Assembly (NCBI GenBank): GCA_964247055.1
Contig: OZ176053.1
Coordinates: 9,052,001 to 9,116,000 of the forward strand
Reading direction: 5' to 3'
Origin: Paragordius varius
Taxonomy: Eukaryota; Animalia; Nematomorpha
Length of the DNA stretch: 64,000 nt
The first letter of the stretch is position 1. Every line of letters begins with the position of its first letter. Positions 60,101 through 64,000 of this stretch are shown one piece after another. The translations under genes and the position numbers were made by a program. Below the pieces are notes generated by a model, which saw only the letters and a program-made list of their open reading frames with translations, was not told the origin of the DNA and made no database searches.

Positions 60101-62620
60101 GGTTGATTGTTGCAAATATTTATATTAGCATGGGTAATATTCTTTGATTGTTGAGAAGTGATGGTTGATTGTTGGAAATATTTATATTAGCATGGGTAAT
60201 ATTCTTTGATTGTTGACAAGTGATCCTTGATTATTGAAAATATATTTGCATGGGTAATATTATTTGATTGTTGAAAATGATGGTTGATTGTTGAATGATG
60301 GTTGATTGTTCGAAATATTTATATTTCTATGGGTAATTTTATTTTGTTGAAAAGTGACGGTTGATTGTTGCAAATATTTGTATAAGCATGGGTAATATTT
60401 TTTTGATTATTAAAAATGATGGTTGATTGTTGAATGATGGTTGATTGTTCGAAATATTTATATATCTATGGGTAATTTTATTTTGTTGAAAAGTGACGGT
60501 TGATTGTTGCAAATATTTATATAAGCATGGGTAATATTTTTTTGATTGTTGAAAATGATGGTTGATTGTTCGAAATATTTATATTTCTATGGGTAATTTT
60601 ATTTTGTTGAAAAGTGATGGTTGATTGTTGCAAATATTTATATTAGCATGGGTAATATTCTTTGATTGTTGAAAAGTGATGGTTGATTGTTGGAAATATT
60701 TATATAGCATGAGTTATTTTATTTTGTTGAAAAGTAATGATTAATTGTTGGAAATATTTATATTAGCATGGGTAATATTATTTGATTGTTGAAAAGTGAT
60801 GTTGATTGTTGAAAATATTTATATTAGCATGGGTAATATTATTTGATTGTTGACAAGTGATGCTTGATTGTTAGAAATATATATATAGCATGAGTTATTT
60901 TATTTTGTTGAAAAGTAATGATTGATTGTTGGAAATATTTATATTAGCATGGGTAATATTATTAGATTGAAAAGTGATGGTTGAATGTTGGAAATATTTA
61001 TATAAGCATGGGTTATATTCTATGATTGTTGAAAAGTGATGGATGATTGTTGGAAATATTTATATGTGCATGGGTAATATTATTTGATTGTTAAAAAGTG
61101 ATGGTTGATTATTGTAAGGTGATGGTTGATTGTTCGAAATATATTTTTGCATGGGTACTATTATTTGATTGTTAAAAGTGATGGTTGATTGTTGGAATTT
61201 ATATTTGAATGGGTAATATTATTTGATTATTGAAAAGTGATGGTTGATTGTTCGAAATATTTATATTTCTATGGGTAATTTTATTTTGTTGAAAAATACG
61301 GGTGATTGTTGCAAATATTTATTTAAGCATGGGTAATATTTTTTTGATTGTTGAAAAGTGATGGTTGATTGTTGAATGATGGTTGATTGTTCGAAATATT
61401 TATATTTCTATGGGTAATTTTATTTCGTTGAAAAGTGATGGTTGATTGTTGCAAATATTTATATTAGCATGGGTAATATTCTTTGATTGTTGAAAAGTGA
61501 TGGTTGATTGTTGGAAATATTTATATAAGCATGGGTAATATTTTTTGATTGTTGAAAAGTGATGGTTGATTTTTTGAAATAATATATTTGCAGGGAATAT
61601 TATTTGATTGTTGAAAAGTGATAATTGATTGTTGGAAATATTTATATTTGCATGGGTAATATTATTTGATTGTTAAAAAGTGATGGTTGATTGTTCGAAA
61701 TATTTATATTTCCATAAGCATTATTATTTGATAGCTGAAAAGTCATGGTTGATTGTTTTAAGTATTTATATTTGCTTGGGTAATATAATTTGATTGTTGA
61801 AAAGTAATTGATTTTGAAAAGTGATGGTTGATTGTTAGAAATATTTATATTAGCATGGGTAACTTTATTTTGTTGAAAAGTGATGGTTGATTGTTGGAAA
61901 TATCTATATAAGCATGGGTTATATTCTTTGATTGTTGAAAAGTCATGGTTGATTGTTGGAAATATTTATATTTGCATGGGTAATATTATTTGATTGTTAA
62001 AAAGTGATGGTTGATTGTTGTAAGGTGATGGTTGATTGTTCGAAATATTTATATTTCCATGTGTATTATTATTTGATTGTTAAAAATGATGGTTGATTGT
62101 TAGAAATATTTATATTTGCATGGGTCTTATTATTTGATTGTTAAAAAGTAATGGTTGATTGTTGAAAGATGATGGTTGATTGTTCGAAATATTTATATTT
62201 CCATGAGTACTATTATTTGATTGTTCAAAAGTCATGGTTGATTGTTGGAAATATTTATATTAGCATGGGTAATATAATTTGATTGATGAAAAGTGATGGT
62301 TGATTGTTGGCAATATTTATATTAGCATGGGTAATATTTTTTGATTGTTGAAAAGTGATGGTTGATTGTTGGAAATATTTATATTGGCATGGGTAATATT
62401 CCATGATTGTTGAAAAGTGATGGTTGATTGTTTTTATATTTGCATGGGTAATATTATTTGATTGCTGAAAAGTGATGGTTGATTGTTATAAATATTTATA
62501 TTAGCATGGGTAATTTTATTTTGTTGAAAGGTGATTGTTGATTGTTAGAAATATTTATATTAGCATGGGTAACTTTATTTTGTTGAAAAGTGATGGTTGA
62601 TTGTTCGAAATATTTATATT
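57170..62620. repeat. 62-bp satellite array, ~5.4 kb
   Basis: Consensus gttgaaaagtgatggttgattgttggaaatatttatattagcatgggtaatattatttgatt; left edge decays gradually from ~57500 to ~57000, right edge is sharp. Confidence 0.97.
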
Positions 62621-64000
62621 GTGAGATTTGCATTGTCTTATTTTTATATATTTATATTATATATCCATTAGTTACTCGAAATTTTGTTATCATGCAAATT
62701 ATGTTCTTTTAAAAATAGTATATATAGACTACACAAAACCGAATAATATTTCAAGTTTTACTACTTATAGTTTTGTTACCTAAGTAAAGAACAATTTGGT
62801 AAGAAAGTACAGTCAATGTAGTTCGTGTCAGTAAACAAGCCAAGCCTATGTAAAAACCCCACTTACCAATGGGATCCAAATGCTGCAATATGGGAACGCC
62901 TACACATTGATATAGCTGGACCAGTTGACGGGTATTTTTGGTTGTTGTTGATTGATAGCGCATCAAAATGGTCGAAACCGTTTATGTTAAAACGGGTTAC
63001 TTCGGTAAATATATTGCAAAACAGCCAGGTTTGGGCTTCCGAGGACGGTAATAAGTGATAACGCTTCTTAATTCAATAATTCGTACTTTTCATCAACCCT
63101 TACAAACTTGGGAATTAAGCACGTGAGGGTAACCCTCTATCATCCTAAAAGTAGTAGGATGGTAGAAAGGTTAGTGGCGACCCTAAAGGGCAAGTACAGA
63201 AAAATAATACTACTTTATGGTCTTACCGTAACTCAATTCACACTACCACAAAAGAAACCCCCTACCAACTACTCTTTAAACGAGTCTCCCAAACACCCCT
63301 GACTTGGATTAACACAACAACAGTCTTAGACGCACCCCGTTTGAGTCGTGAATTTTCAATAGACCAACGCATAATGATGAAAAACGAACAAAGTCATGGA
63401 TGGCGAGCCGGCGATGTTTTTGATAGAACTGGTCCCCTTTCGTACAGTGTGTGGGATCAGGAAAACCAGAAGATTGTCAGAAAGCACGCGGACCAGTTGA
63501 GACACGGAGACCCACCCCCCAACTCAACTGCACCTGTCACTCAAAACAATTGTAATGATAGTAATAACGACAATAACAGTAATAATGATGGTAACTGTAT
63601 TGATAATAATAATAATAGTAACGACAATAATAATGATAAAATTATTAATAATAATAATGAAAGTAATGATAATATTAATAGCAATAATGTCAATAGTAAT
63701 GAAAATCCGCACGAGCGTCGTTACCATGAGAGAATTCGGCGGAAGCCAGTCCGGTTCTCCTAAGGATGAAGTGATGTTACATGCAAATTTGAAATATATA
63801 TTTTGGTTGTATATTATAATTTTCTGTGAGATTTGAAATGTTTTATTTTTATATTTTTGTATTATATATCCATTAGTTACTCGAAATTTTATTGTTATCA
63901 ATTATGTTCACTTTATAATTCCTTCGCTGCTTTCCAACTTTTCTCGTGTTTTTCCGACCAGTTCCAACTAACGTTCTTACTTGTTAAACTATGTATATCA
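62621..64000 (+). mobile_element. Gypsy-type LTR retrotransposon remnant: integrase, C-terminal tail and start of 3' LTR
   Basis: WERLHIDIAGP, LLLIDSASKW, VISDN, YHPKSSRMVERLVATLK (frameshifted); GPLSYSV..RKHADQLR; (AAT)n Asn-rich tract; RRYHERIRRKPVRF stop at 63763; purine tract then TGTTAC at 63775. A ~90-bp LTR segment is repeated at 62621 and 63820. Confidence 0.88.

Noticed and set aside
57170-62620. Array as CRISPR or as coding repeat
   Set aside because: No unique spacers, eukaryotic context, and the 62-nt unit is not a multiple of 3 and has many stops.
63524-63901. Ile-rich ORFs 63524-63901 (-) and 63555-63836 (+)
   Set aside because: Alternative frames of the (AAT)n tract in the Gypsy tail.

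Overview
Very AT-rich animal (metazoan) genomic DNA with spliceosomal introns. Five host genes could be reconstructed exon by exon: a double-zinc-finger GATA1/2/3-class factor (3' end runs off the window), RNF170, ARMC7 (head-to-head with RNF170, ATGs 36 nt apart), IMPACT and EXOC4/Sec8. The dominant feature is a class of GT-AG micro-introns of 21-26 nt (19 reconstructed, mode 22 nt) that coexists with kb-sized, transposon-filled introns. Mobile DNA is abundant. It includes an apparently intact Tc1/IS630-like transposon whose DD30E transposase is split by four micro-introns and which sits 53 nt upstream of the EXOC4 start. There is also a full-length RTE-type LINE starting with a candidate minimal HDV-like ribozyme, several LINE fossils, two hAT derivatives (one with an inverted duplicate of its own 3' half), MITEs, a 5.4-kb 62-bp satellite array and a Gypsy LTR remnant. 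All gene identities come from my own translation and recall of family motifs; no database search was run and the species is not determined.
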